Made by a program: the position numbers and the translations under genes
From: Kofleriaceae bacterium
GTDB lineage: Bacteria > Myxococcota_A > Polyangia > Haliangiales > Haliangiaceae
Assembly (NCBI GenBank): GCA_018057605.1
Contig: JAGPDK010000001.1
Location: forward strand, 1 to 37,456
Length of the DNA: 37,456 bases
Direction: 5' to 3'
Shown here: piece after piece, positions 16,515-27,466 of the stretch
How positions within the stretch are numbered: position 1 is the first letter of the stretch
How the letters are laid out: every line of letters starts with the position of its first letter
The notes under the pieces: generated by a model
What the model saw: the letters and a program-made list of their open reading frames with translations, nothing else
The model's database searches: none
What the model was told of the DNA's origin: nothing

Positions 16515-18476
16515 TTACTCGCGATCGAGATACGTGTAACCGCCCATGCCTTGGCGGAAACGATTGATCAGCGTGCGGCTCTCTTCGATGGTGAGCAGCT
16601 TTTTGCGCAACGCTTGTTCGACGTTGTTGCGCATCTTGCCGAGCAGGTCGCTCGGTTGATAGTCGACGAATTGCAGTACTTCACTCACCGTATCGCCCGG
16701 TACAACTTCTTTGATCTCGTAGTCGCCTTCGTCGTTAAGCTGTACGTGCACGGTGTTGGTATCGCCGAACAAGTTGTGCAAGTCGCCCAAGATTTCTTGG
16801 TAGGCACCAACCAAGAAAATGCCCAGGAAATAATCTTGGCCATCGGCTTTAGGATGCAATTCCAAGACATGCTTGACGTCGCGCATATCGATAAACGAAT
16901 CGATTTTACCGTCGGAGTCGCAGGTAATATCGGCCAGCGTGGCACGCCGAGTGGGCTCTTCATTGAGCCGATGAATCGGGCAGATCGGGAAGAGTTGATC
17001 CACGGCCCAAGCATCGGGCACCGACTGGAACATCGAGAAGTTACAGAAGTAGGTATCCGATAGCGCTTTTTCTAAGCCTTCGAATTCTTCGGGTGCGTGG
17101 GCTAAGCCACGCGACATGTGCAACACTTTTTCGCAGGTGGCCCAGAACAGATTTTCGCACAACACGCGGTTTTCTAGCGACAAGTGGCCCAAGTTGAACA
17201 GCTGCAAAACTTGGTCTTTGTATTCCACTGCGTCGTGGTACGTCTCGAGCAAATTCTTTTGCGACGCGCCTTGGTAGGTTTCCCACATGTTGGTAACTAG
17301 GGGCGCGGCTGGCTTGGGCAGTTCTTTGGGCACGGTGGTGCCAAACTCGGTCACACCCAGGACGTTGACCACCAGTACTGAGTGGTGGGCAGCGATCGCG
17401 CGACCCGATTCTGACACGATGTTTGGATGCGGTACGCCGTCGGCATCGCAGATCTCTTTGATCGCGTAGACCACGTCGTTGGCGTATTCTTGCACGGTGT
17501 AGTTCATCGACGATGCGAAGTTGCTTTGCGAGCCGTCGTAGTCGACGCCAAGGCCGCCGCCGACGTCGAGGTATTTCACCCCTTTGGCGCCCATCTTGTA
17601 CAACTCAACAAAGAATCGGCCAGCTTCGCGCAGCGCGTTTTTAACGCTCTTGATCGCCGAGATTTGCGAGCCCAAATGGAAGTGCAACAGTTTGAGCGTA
17701 TCGGCTTCGCCCCAGGCTTTGAGCTTGGTGATGGCTTCAACCATCTCGGCTGCCGACAGGCCAAATTTTGAAAAATCGCCACCGGATTGTTCCCAGCGAC
17801 CAGCGCCACGCGACGACAAGCGCGCGCGAATGCCCAGCGAAGGTTTGATCTTGAGCCGTTCGGAGACGCGGCGGATCTGATCGAGTTCGGTTGGTTTTTC
17901 AACCACCAAGATCACGGTCTTGCCCATCTTCGACGCTAACAGCGCAGTCTCGATATATTCGTCGTCTTTGTAACCGTTGCAGATGATCAGCGATTCATCG
18001 TCTTGATGAATTGCCATAACCGCCAGCAGCTCAGGCTTGGAGCCGGCTTCGAGGCCGTAGTGAAATGGCCGGCCGAACTCGATGATTTCTTCGACGACGG
18101 TGCGGTTTTGGTTCACTTTGATCGGGTACACGCCGCGGTACTGCCCGCCATACCCGTACTCTTTGATCGCGGTATTAAACGCGCCACACAACAGCTCGAT
18201 GCGAGCTTTTAGAATGTCGGAAAAGCGCAGCAAAATTGGCAGTTGAATGCCGCGCTCATTGAGCTCTTGAATGAGCTCTTTCATGTCGATTTTGCCTTGC
18301 GGCTTGCCAGGTTCCGCGGCCGCGGGGGTGACGATCAGCGAGCCTTGCTCGTTGACGTCAAAGTAGCCACAGCCCCAGCGCTGGATGTTATAGAGGTCGT
18401 TGGCGTCGGCTGCTGTCCAGCGGCGCAACGGATCATTGGCGGTCAGAGCTTTTACGCGGGCCATTATGTAGATCAA
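16515..18476 (-). CDS. speA: biosynthetic arginine decarboxylase
   Basis: 653 aa. N-terminus YNIQRWGCGYFDVNEQG and PLP-fold segments (YPIKVNQ, LDVGGGLGVDY) are characteristic of SpeA. The likely start is the ATG at 18464 (MARVKAL...). Confidence 0.9.
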   Translation of the reverse strand: MIYIMARVKALTANDPLRRWTAADANDLYNIQRWGCGYFDVNEQGSLIVTPAAAEPGKPQGKIDMKELIQELNERGIQLPILLRFSDILKARIELLCGAFNTAIKEYGYGGQYRGVYPIKVNQNRTVVEEIIEFGRPFHYGLEAGSKPELLAVMAIHQDDESLIICNGYKDDEYIETALLASKMGKTVILVVEKPTELDQIRRVSERLKIKPSLGIRARLSSRGAGRWEQSGGDFSKFGLSAAEMVEAITKLKAWGEADTLKLLHFHLGSQISAIKSVKNALREAGRFFVELYKMGAKGVKYLDVGGGLGVDYDGSQSNFASSMNYTVQEYANDVVYAIKEICDADGVPHPNIVSESGRAIAAHHSVLVVNVLGVTEFGTTVPKELPKPAAPLVTNMWETYQGASQKNLLETYHDAVEYKDQVLQLFNLGHLSLENRVLCENLFWATCEKVLHMSRGLAHAPEEFEGLEKALSDTYFCNFSMFQSVPDAWAVDQLFPICPIHRLNEEPTRRATLADITCDSDGKIDSFIDMRDVKHVLELHPKADGQDYFLGIFLVGAYQEILGDLHNLFGDTNTVHVQLNDEGDYEIKEVVPGDTVSEVLQFVDYQPSDLLGKMRNNVEQALRKKLLTIEESRTLINRFRQGMGGYTYLDRE

Positions 18477-18590
18477 CTAGGGCTTTTTGACCGGCGGTGC
18501 AAGATCCAAGGGGGCATTTAAAACGTCCGATTTGGTCTGCTGGTGCCGACGACAAGTCACAGTGCTGGTCCGGCCTGCTTGAACCGCGAG

Positions 18591-19448
18591 TTACTTGATA
18601 TGGACCCGCGCTTGCGGCAGCGCTTTGTGTCTAGCGGCCGTTTGTTGCACCAGTTGCAAAATTGGTCCCGGGATAAACACCTCGGAGGCGGGCTTTACAA
18701 TCACGCCAGCAGCGGACAATTGCTCAAGAAACAGTAAGCAGTTATCCATTTTGGCCATGAGTACGTTGGCCCACATTAACCGCTTGTCGCGTTTTTTGAC
18801 GCTGACCGTAAACCCGGCGACGGCAACGTATTCGATGTCGGCAAAGGCAATGTCACCTTTTTTTTGGTGGCGCAGCACATTGCCGTCGAACGAAAACGGC
18901 GCATAGCTTGGTCGGGCGGTTAACCGTGGGTGCAAGTGACTTATCGCTGCTTCGATGGCGGCGCCGGCGTGTTGGAACTGGGTGCCGATGACAACTGGTT
19001 TGCCGCCGTTGCGTGAAAAAACTTTGAGTGAGCCGAGGCGAAATACCCGGTTGGGTACGTCTTTCCGCTCCGCGGCGGCTTGTACTGCAGCCACCACCAA
19101 AACGCCGATGAGTCCAGCTTGGCCGCCGGCTGCCCCGGCGTTGTGTTTGCCGGACAAGTAGCGGTAATGCGCAACGTCGTCCCACGCCACGCTCGATGAA
19201 CTCAACCGACGATGCTGGGTCATCCCGGCCGGGGAAATTTCCAACGCGATTCGTTTGGCTGATTTGACCAACCACGCGGCGCCAGCAACGGTTGCAACGC
19301 CCAGCACCCCGGCCACGACTTTCGACGCTAAGCCGATCGCGGCAATGGGAAGCAACAAGATGATCGTAGTGACAACGATCGCGGTGGTTGCAGATTTTGG
19401 GCGAAAAACGTTAGGCGTGGCCGTGCCGTGCATACTGTTATTGTACAA
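18591..19448 (-). CDS. membrane protein of unknown function (two N-terminal TM helices plus a soluble domain)
   Basis: 285-aa ORF. Hydrophobic segments TAIVVTTIILLLPIAAIGLA and VLGVATVAGAAWLV. A third segment, GLIGVLVVAAVQAAA, follows. The rest is beta-rich. Divergent from the helicase gene. Confidence 0.55.
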   Translation of the reverse strand: MYNNSMHGTATPNVFRPKSATTAIVVTTIILLLPIAAIGLASKVVAGVLGVATVAGAAWLVKSAKRIALEISPAGMTQHRRLSSSSVAWDDVAHYRYLSGKHNAGAAGGQAGLIGVLVVAAVQAAAERKDVPNRVFRLGSLKVFSRNGGKPVVIGTQFQHAGAAIEAAISHLHPRLTARPSYAPFSFDGNVLRHQKKGDIAFADIEYVAVAGFTVSVKKRDKRLMWANVLMAKMDNCLLFLEQLSAAGVIVKPASEVFIPGPILQLVQQTAARHKALPQARVHIK

Positions 19449-19569
19449 GTGAATGTGGCCCCAAAGCGGCGGGTGGAGCGTCGGGGCGCATATTTGTCTT
19501 CAATTGCCGGCAACTGCCATTTGCCCTTGCTCCGCCGGCCGTTTTTGGCCAGATTCACCAACCCAATTT

Positions 19570-21966
<2,397 letters not shown>

Positions 21967-22000
21967 TAGGAATCGGCTGCGGTGCCGATCTGCGGCGTTG

Positions 22001-22131
22001 CGGCTGCGCTTCCGCTCCTCACGCACAGGCAGTGCGCTGCGGTCCTCGGCGCGCGAGTCGCTACTTGCGCCGCACCGGCGTTGGCTCCGCGCTGCGGGTC
22101 CTCACGCACAGGCAGCGCGCTGCGGTCCTCG
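22001..22131. repeat. nested GC-rich direct repeats (33-bp core at an 83-bp period)
   Basis: TCCTCACGCACAGGCAGTGCGCTGCGGTCCTCG at 22016-22048 and TCCTCACGCACAGGCAGCGCGCTGCGGTCCTCG at 22099-22131 match at 32 of 33 positions. The sub-unit GCGCTGCGG(G)TCCTC recurs at about 22034, 22090 and 22117. The block is flanked by an inverted repeat, GCGCGAGTCG (22051-22060) and CGACTCGCGC (22162-22171). Confidence 0.7.
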
Positions 22132-22389
22132 CTTGTCGCCGCCTTGGTGCAACGCAACTATCGACTCGCGCCGGTGAACGCGCGCTCGATTCTCTTACTC
22201 GGGCCTCGGACGACGGCGCTCCGACGACGATCTCGAACCTCCGCGTTCGCTGGGTAGCGGGGCAACCCGTTGCGCATACTTCGATCGTGGTCGTCGGAGT
22301 TTCGCGGTCAGCGCGCCGAGTGCGTTCTAACGCTGCGTTGAAAAGCGTAAGCGTTTCGATCGCTGATGCTTACTTAATCGGTATCGGTA

Positions 22390-22524
22390 CTAGGCGTCTT
22401 TTTTCGACATCCAAGGATAGCCCAGGCGGACGCCTTCACCCGTGAGCACCACCGTGCCGCAGCCGCCTAAAACTAACCAGGCTGTACCCAGAAACTCCGC
22501 TGTAAGCTTTTTCGATAATTGCAC
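22390..22524 (-). pseudogene. aqpZ: aquaporin Z N-terminal remnant (44 codons)
   Basis: This GTG-started ORF is below the track cutoff: VQLSKKLTAEFLGTAWLVLGGCGTVVLTGEGVRLGYPWMSKKDA*. The segment KKLTAEFLGTAWLVLGGCG closely resembles the AqpZ/MIP N-terminus (..KLAAECFGTFWLVFGGCGS..). A GGAGG lies 9 nt upstream of the GTG (+ strand CCTCC at 22534-22538). No NPA motifs occur in any frame downstream. Confidence 0.5.
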
Positions 22525-22665
22525 ATGTGCGTGCCTCCGCCGGCACGCTAACTCAGCCCCGTGGGCCGACCAGCTGGCGATGGGGTAGCACTATGGTAGT
22601 GGGTGAGGCCCGCGGCGGCAATGCTCGTCGAGAGATCGGGGCCGGCGCTGGCCGAGGTGCCGCGC

Positions 22666-24330
22666 TCAGTTGAACGAGTAGTTCAAGGTAAATGCGCCTG
22701 CGGCGGCATTGTAACCGTCGACGATCAACCAGTACAAGCCACTGGTGTTGACGGTGATATCCGGCAAGTTGGACTGCAACGCGCCGGTGCAGCCGCCATC
22801 ATCGGCGCAGGCCACGTCGGCGGTGGATGCGTTGCCTTTACGGAGTGAGAGGATGGAGTCATAGGTGGTGCCGGTACAGGTGTCGGCACTGACGACGGTG
22901 GTGACGGCCGGGCAGGCCATGAAGTAGTAGCCTTGATCGGGGCCAGTTGCGATGGATTGGCAGCTAGCGGTCGCTGATTGATTGGTCAGGCCCGTGGTGT
23001 CGCCGGTGACTGACCCCGTGGTTGGGGTGATCGCTGTACCGGTGCGGCCGCCACGCACGAAGGTCAGCACACTTGCGCCGAGAGTTTGAAAGCTGCTGTA
23101 TTGGTCAACGACCAAACAGTACGAGCCCGCTGCAAGCTGAACTGCGCCTTGGGTTTGCCGATCGGCACATGAATCATCGGCGCAGGTTTGCCGCGCACCG
23201 ACCGCCGTACACGCGCCAGCGTAGATCCGCACCACGGAATCGAAGTTGGCGCCGAAGGTTTCGAAGTACACGACCTCGGTGGCTGGCAGGGTAAATTTGT
23301 AAAACACATCACGCCCACCCGTGGTGCCGCAAAACAACCCAGTGTCATTTTGATCATCGCGCGCCGCGGTTAGGTCAACAGTAAATGTGCCACCAGCCGA
23401 AATGTCGAGGGCACCGCTAGCTGCGTCATTGGTTGGACAACTGACATCGGCACCGTCGCAGTCTTGGTCAATACCGTCGGCGCAGGTTTCCGGGCTTGGC
23501 GTGCCAGCGACTGCGTTGCACTGCGTGCCGGTGCCGCCACCGTTGCAAACTTTTTGGCCAGCGCGATTGCAAGCACCGACGCCGGTGTTGCAGCTAGCGC
23601 CAACATCATAGCCATCATCAATGCCACCGACGCAATCGTCATCGAGGCCGTTGCACATCTCAATGGAGTCGCCGGTGACGTCGCCGCAAACCGCAGCGCC
23701 CATACCGTCGCACAGGATCGTGCTTTCTTTGCAGGAGTCGCTGTCGCCGCCGTCGCACTGGCCGCCAACGTCGAAGCCTTCGTCAGTGTTGGTGTCGCAA
23801 TCGTCGTCGAGCGCATTGCAGGTTTCAATTGAATCACTGGTAACGTCGCTGCATACCGTGCCGCCTGCCGCGTCACAAATGACCATGCCTTCGTTGCAAC
23901 CGTCACTATCGGCACCGTCACATAGGACACCCAGCATGAAACCTTCGTCAGTTTTGCTATCGCAGTCGTTGTCGATGGTGTCGCATTTCTCGGCGGTCAT
24001 GTCGCCGGCCTTGGCGTCGCACTCCACGCCCGAGCCATCGGCCTTACATGCAATGTTGCCGGTTACGGCACAGGCTCCCACGCCAGCCGAACAACTCTCG
24101 CCCAACGTCATAAAATCTTCATCGCTCTTGGCGTCGCAATCATCGTCGCGGCCGTTGCACTGTTCGACGTTGGGTACACACGCGTCAGGTTGAAACGCGT
24201 CAATGGCGGCATCTATCGGCTTGGCATCGGCACCAATATTGTTCTCACCCTGGGCGCATGCACCCATCACCGCGCCAAATGCGGTCAACAAAACCAGCCC
24301 CGCGCCATATCTCCAAAAGAGTGCCAACAT
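22666..24330 (-). CDS. secreted or lipoprotein cysteine-rich repeat protein (CxxxDxDCD putative metal-binding repeats plus two C-terminal beta-domains)
   Basis: 554 aa. Signal with a possible lipobox VMGAC. Five repeats at a ~55-aa period: CNGRDDDCD, CDTIDNDCD, CNALDDDCD, CNGLDDDCV and CADGIDQDCD. The C-terminal half contains two similar modules (..FDSVVRIYAG.C...GSYCLVVDQY.. and ..YDSILSLRKG....GLYWLIVDGY..). Confidence 0.8.
   Translation of the reverse strand: MLALFWRYGAGLVLLTAFGAVMGACAQGENNIGADAKPIDAAIDAFQPDACVPNVEQCNGRDDDCDAKSDEDFMTLGESCSAGVGACAVTGNIACKADGSGVECDAKAGDMTAEKCDTIDNDCDSKTDEGFMLGVLCDGADSDGCNEGMVICDAAGGTVCSDVTSDSIETCNALDDDCDTNTDEGFDVGGQCDGGDSDSCKESTILCDGMGAAVCGDVTGDSIEMCNGLDDDCVGGIDDGYDVGASCNTGVGACNRAGQKVCNGGGTGTQCNAVAGTPSPETCADGIDQDCDGADVSCPTNDAASGALDISAGGTFTVDLTAARDDQNDTGLFCGTTGGRDVFYKFTLPATEVVYFETFGANFDSVVRIYAGACTAVGARQTCADDSCADRQTQGAVQLAAGSYCLVVDQYSSFQTLGASVLTFVRGGRTGTAITPTTGSVTGDTTGLTNQSATASCQSIATGPDQGYYFMACPAVTTVVSADTCTGTTYDSILSLRKGNASTADVACADDGGCTGALQSNLPDITVNTSGLYWLIVDGYNAAAGAFTLNYSFN
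23437..24180 (-). repeat. intragenic tandem protein repeats (5 cysteine-rich modules)
   Basis: Residues 51-298 of the 554-aa protein. The CxxxDxDCD cores sit at residues 58, 116, 171, 226 and 283. Confidence 0.7.
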
Positions 24331-24397
24331 CGGCGCATCCTACGGATCCAACGACGGCGAATCAACAGTTGATTCAAGTCGTGCTACATGTTGAGGC

Positions 24398-25411
24398 ATG
24401 TCAGGACCCACGTTGCCCGTACTCGGCCAGCCGGCACGCTCGGCTGCCGTTGTCGATGCCTCGACCGTCGCCTCTGAAATGTCAGTCGAAGAGCTCGAGC
24501 AGCAGATTCGAACGCTAAAAAAAGACCGCAATGCGGTGATCTTGGCGCACTACTATCAAGAGTCAGAGCTGCAGGATATAGCTGATTTTGTTGGCGATTC
24601 CTTGCAGTTGTCGCAAGCTGCCGCAAGCACTAAGGCCGACGTTATCGCGTTTTGCGGTGTCCATTTTATGGCCGAAACCGCCAAGATTTTGAACCCTGAA
24701 AAAATTGTAGTCGTCCCCGATTTGGACGCTGGTTGTTCGTTGGCCGATGGCTGCCCAGCCCCGGTTTTTGCCAAGTGGTTGGAGCAATATCCCGACCACA
24801 CCGTGGTTAGCTACATCAATTGCTCTGCTGAAGTTAAGGCCCTGTCCGATGTGATCTGTACCTCTTCCAATGCCGTTAAAATCGTCAAGGCGTTGGAAGG
24901 GCAAAAAATTGTTTTTGCGCCCGACAAGCACCTGGCGGCGTTCGTGGCCAAGCAAGCCAATCGACCCGATCTGGTGGCGTGGCAAGGCACCTGCATTGTG
25001 CACGAAACGTTTTCGGAAAAGCGCTTGATTGAGCTAATGGTGAAACATCCCAACGCCGAAGTTATTGCGCATCCGGAATGTCACGACGGCATTTTGCGTC
25101 ATGCCACGCATATCGCGTCGACCTCGGGCTTAATTGCCTATGCGCAAAACAGCCGCAGCCAAGCATTCATCGTGGCAACGGAAGCCGGCATTTTGCACAA
25201 GATGGCAGCAGCGGCGCCGGGTAAGTTATTAATTCCGGCACCGCCCGAAGATGAAAGTTGCTCGTGCAACGAGTGCCCCTTCATGCGCAAAAATACGTTG
25301 GAAAAATTGTACCTAGCGTTGCGCGACCTTGGGCCTCAAGTTGATGTGCCGGAAGCGGTGCGGGTGCGGGCGTATCGGCCGATCGCGCGTATGTTGCAAA
25401 TGAGCGTGTAG
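24398..25411 (+). CDS. nadA: quinolinate synthase
   Basis: [35 protein letters not shown] and [17 protein letters not shown] are characteristic NadA segments. An alternative start at ATG 24479 (MSVEELEQQ...) is plausible. Confidence 0.9.
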   Translation: MSGPTLPVLGQPARSAAVVDASTVASEMSVEELEQQIRTLKKDRNAVILAHYYQESELQDIADFVGDSLQLSQAAASTKADVIAFCGVHFMAETAKILNPEKIVVVPDLDAGCSLADGCPAPVFAKWLEQYPDHTVVSYINCSAEVKALSDVICTSSNAVKIVKALEGQKIVFAPDKHLAAFVAKQANRPDLVAWQGTCIVHETFSEKRLIELMVKHPNAEVIAHPECHDGILRHATHIASTSGLIAYAQNSRSQAFIVATEAGILHKMAAAAPGKLLIPAPPEDESCSCNECPFMRKNTLEKLYLALRDLGPQVDVPEAVRVRAYRPIARMLQMSV

Positions 25412-26298
25412 TGAGGCGTTGGACGGCGCTGTGCGCCAGCGTGCTAGTTGCTTGCTCGGTAAAATCGACGCCCGGCGTAGGCAACGTTGCCGGCTCGGGT
25501 GCATCGTCGGTACCGTCGCGGGCAGGCGATGAGGTTGCTATCGCCGATGCCGCGACGAGGTTGCCGCTACTGCACCGACAGCAACAGCTCATCACCGCCG
25601 TCACCGCAGATTGGCAGTCGGCCGAAGCGACGTTGCAATTGTGGCACCGCGATGCCGCAGGTCACTGGCAGCCCGACGATGCGGCATGGTCGGGCGTCAT
25701 TGGAAAAAACGGCGCAGCGTGGGGTATTGGGCTGCATGGCAACGGGCCGCCCGTGATGCCGCCGGGCGTCGGAGGGACTGGCCCGGGAGTGGAGCGAACG
25801 AGCGCACGCTCGGAGCGGGGCCCGATCAAAGCTGAAGGCGACCAGCGCAGCCCGGCCGGTGCGTTTGAACTTGGTGGTGCGTTTGGTTACGCCGAGGGTG
25901 AGCGGTCGAAACTGCCGTACGCTGCGGTGGGGCCAACGTGGCGCTGTGTCGACGACAGTGCATCGGTGCATTACAACCGCGTGTTCGATAGCAAGGGTGT
26001 CGCGGTCGATTGGCAATCGGCTGAACTCATGCGACGCAAGGATGCGCTGTACACTTTGGTCATCGAAACCAAGCATAATGCCGGCGCCCAGGCCGGCGCT
26101 GGCAGTTGCATATTTCTGCATGTATGGCGTGATGCGCAATCGCCCACCGTAGGCTGTACCGCCATGCCGCAAGCGCGCTTGCGTTGGTTACTCGGTAATG
26201 TAGATCCGGTGCAGCGTCCAGCGTTCGTGCTGTTACCACGTTCGGTGTATGGCGAATTGGCCGCAAGTTGGGATTTGCCGACCGCTCGGTTCGACTGA
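25411..26298 (+). CDS. L,D-transpeptidase-family (YkuD-like) lipoprotein
   Basis: GTG start overlapping the nadA stop by 1 nt (TAGTG). Lipoprotein signal [36 protein letters not shown] and the catalytic-type segment GSCIFLHVW...PTVGCTAM (a His...Gly-Cys pattern) are present. Confidence 0.7.
   Translation: MRRWTALCASVLVACSVKSTPGVGNVAGSGASSVPSRAGDEVAIADAATRLPLLHRQQQLITAVTADWQSAEATLQLWHRDAAGHWQPDDAAWSGVIGKNGAAWGIGLHGNGPPVMPPGVGGTGPGVERTSARSERGPIKAEGDQRSPAGAFELGGAFGYAEGERSKLPYAAVGPTWRCVDDSASVHYNRVFDSKGVAVDWQSAELMRRKDALYTLVIETKHNAGAQAGAGSCIFLHVWRDAQSPTVGCTAMPQARLRWLLGNVDPVQRPAFVLLPRSVYGELAASWDLPTARFD
25789..25820. repeat. 32-bp GC-rich repeat, copy B (in frame inside the L,D-transpeptidase gene)
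   Basis: GTGGAGCGAACGAGCGCACGCTCGGAGCGGGG matches the reverse complement of 14690-14721 at 30 of 32 positions. It begins on a codon boundary (codon 127) and encodes [11 protein letters not shown]. Confidence 0.7.
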
Positions 26299-26366
26299 AG
26301 TTGGTTTGCGGGAATAGTGGAGTGGCTTGGTCGCCGTGCCGAAAAAGCGGTCTATACTGTGCAAAC

Positions 26367-27350
26367 ATGGCCGTTACTTCGTTGCCGTCCGACCTCCGTG
26401 CTGAGGCTGCTTTTGATCGAGAGGCAGTGGCGCGTTTACACGCGGCAGTTGCCAGCGTTGTGCGCGGCAAGCCCGACGCAATTCGAGCCGCATTGATCGC
26501 GTTATTGGCGCGCGGCCATTTGTTAATCGAAGACATCCCAGGCGTTGGCAAAACCACGTTGGCGCGTTCGCTTGCGGCGGCGGTGGGTGGCGCGTTTCGA
26601 CGCATTCAGTTCACCAGTGACTTATTGCCGTCCGACATTGTTGGGGTTTCAATCTACGATCAATCAGGCCGCGTGTTTGAGTTCAAAAAAGGACCGCTGT
26701 TCGCAAATATTGTGTTGGCCGATGAAATCAATCGCACCACGCCGCGCACCCAATCGGCGTTGCTTGAAGCGATGAGCGAAGGTGCGGTTTCCGTCGACGA
26801 TACCACGCATGCGTTGGACCAGCCGTTCATGGTGTTGGCCACACAAAATCCAAGTGAGCAGTATGGGACCTATCCGCTGCCTGAGTCGCAGATGGATCGG
26901 TTCTTGTTGCGGGTTTCCATCGGCTATCCCGCCGTGAGCATCGAGCGCGATTTGCTGCGTGAGCGGGGCGGCGGCGATCCAGTTGCGGCGCTGCGGCCGG
27001 TGGTCAGCCTGGCCCAAATCCGCGAGTTACAAGCGGCGGTCGAACAAGTGGCAGTTAATGATGCGTTAGTTGATTACGCGATGGCGGTTGTCACCGAAAC
27101 GCGGGCGCATCGCGGTATTGCCGTCGGTGTATCAACTCGTGGCGCGTTGGCTTGGTATCGCGCCGCGCAAGCTGCAGCCGTTATCGACGGCCGTGATTTT
27201 TGTGTGCCCGATGACTTCAAGCACTTGGCGGTGGCCGCGTTAGCGCATCGGGTGGTGTTGGCTGGCAATCTTGATTCGGCTGGCAAACAGCGGCTCGAAG
27301 GCGAGCGCATCATCGGCGAAATTATTGGCCGCGTTGTAGTGCCAACCTAG
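26367..27350 (+). CDS. MoxR-family AAA+ ATPase
   Basis: The start is taken at ATG 26367 (MAVTSLPSD...). Walker [24 protein letters not shown], Walker [21 protein letters not shown], and VLATQNP. Confidence 0.9.
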   Translation: MAVTSLPSDLRAEAAFDREAVARLHAAVASVVRGKPDAIRAALIALLARGHLLIEDIPGVGKTTLARSLAAAVGGAFRRIQFTSDLLPSDIVGVSIYDQSGRVFEFKKGPLFANIVLADEINRTTPRTQSALLEAMSEGAVSVDDTTHALDQPFMVLATQNPSEQYGTYPLPESQMDRFLLRVSIGYPAVSIERDLLRERGGGDPVAALRPVVSLAQIRELQAAVEQVAVNDALVDYAMAVVTETRAHRGIAVGVSTRGALAWYRAAQAAAVIDGRDFCVPDDFKHLAVAALAHRVVLAGNLDSAGKQRLEGERIIGEIIGRVVVPT

Positions 27351-27466
27351 CCGATGCGGAGGCGGTTATAACAACTCCCGCGACATCGCTTGCGCCGCAG
27401 GTTCCGGCCGCGTCGTCGATACTTGCGCGCCTACGCCAGCGTTGGTTCATTCGGCCCAAACGGCGC

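Noticed and set aside
16452-17063. A 203-aa ORF antisense to speA, with further antisense ORFs at 17427-17771 and 18003-18521.
   Set aside because: They lie wholly inside a confidently identified speA frame. No motifs were found, and they look like mirror-frame artefacts.
22001-22131. Possible CRISPR array, given a ~33-bp repeat at an 83-bp period.
   Set aside because: There are only two full copies. The sequence between them shares sub-repeats with the repeats themselves. No cas genes are present in the window, and no leader-like AT-rich region either.
23370-24193. ORFs of 186 aa and 190 aa, in an alternative frame of the same strand and antisense, within the Cys-rich repeat gene.
   Set aside because: Their Ser/Thr/Ala/Pro-rich low-complexity sequence is generated by the repetitive GC-rich coding sequence. 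The annotated frame carries the regular Cys/Asp repeat pattern.
25567-26172. A 201-aa ORF antisense to the L,D-transpeptidase gene.
   Set aside because: It is Arg-rich with no motifs. The sense frame has a lipoprotein signal and the His...Gly-Cys catalytic segment.
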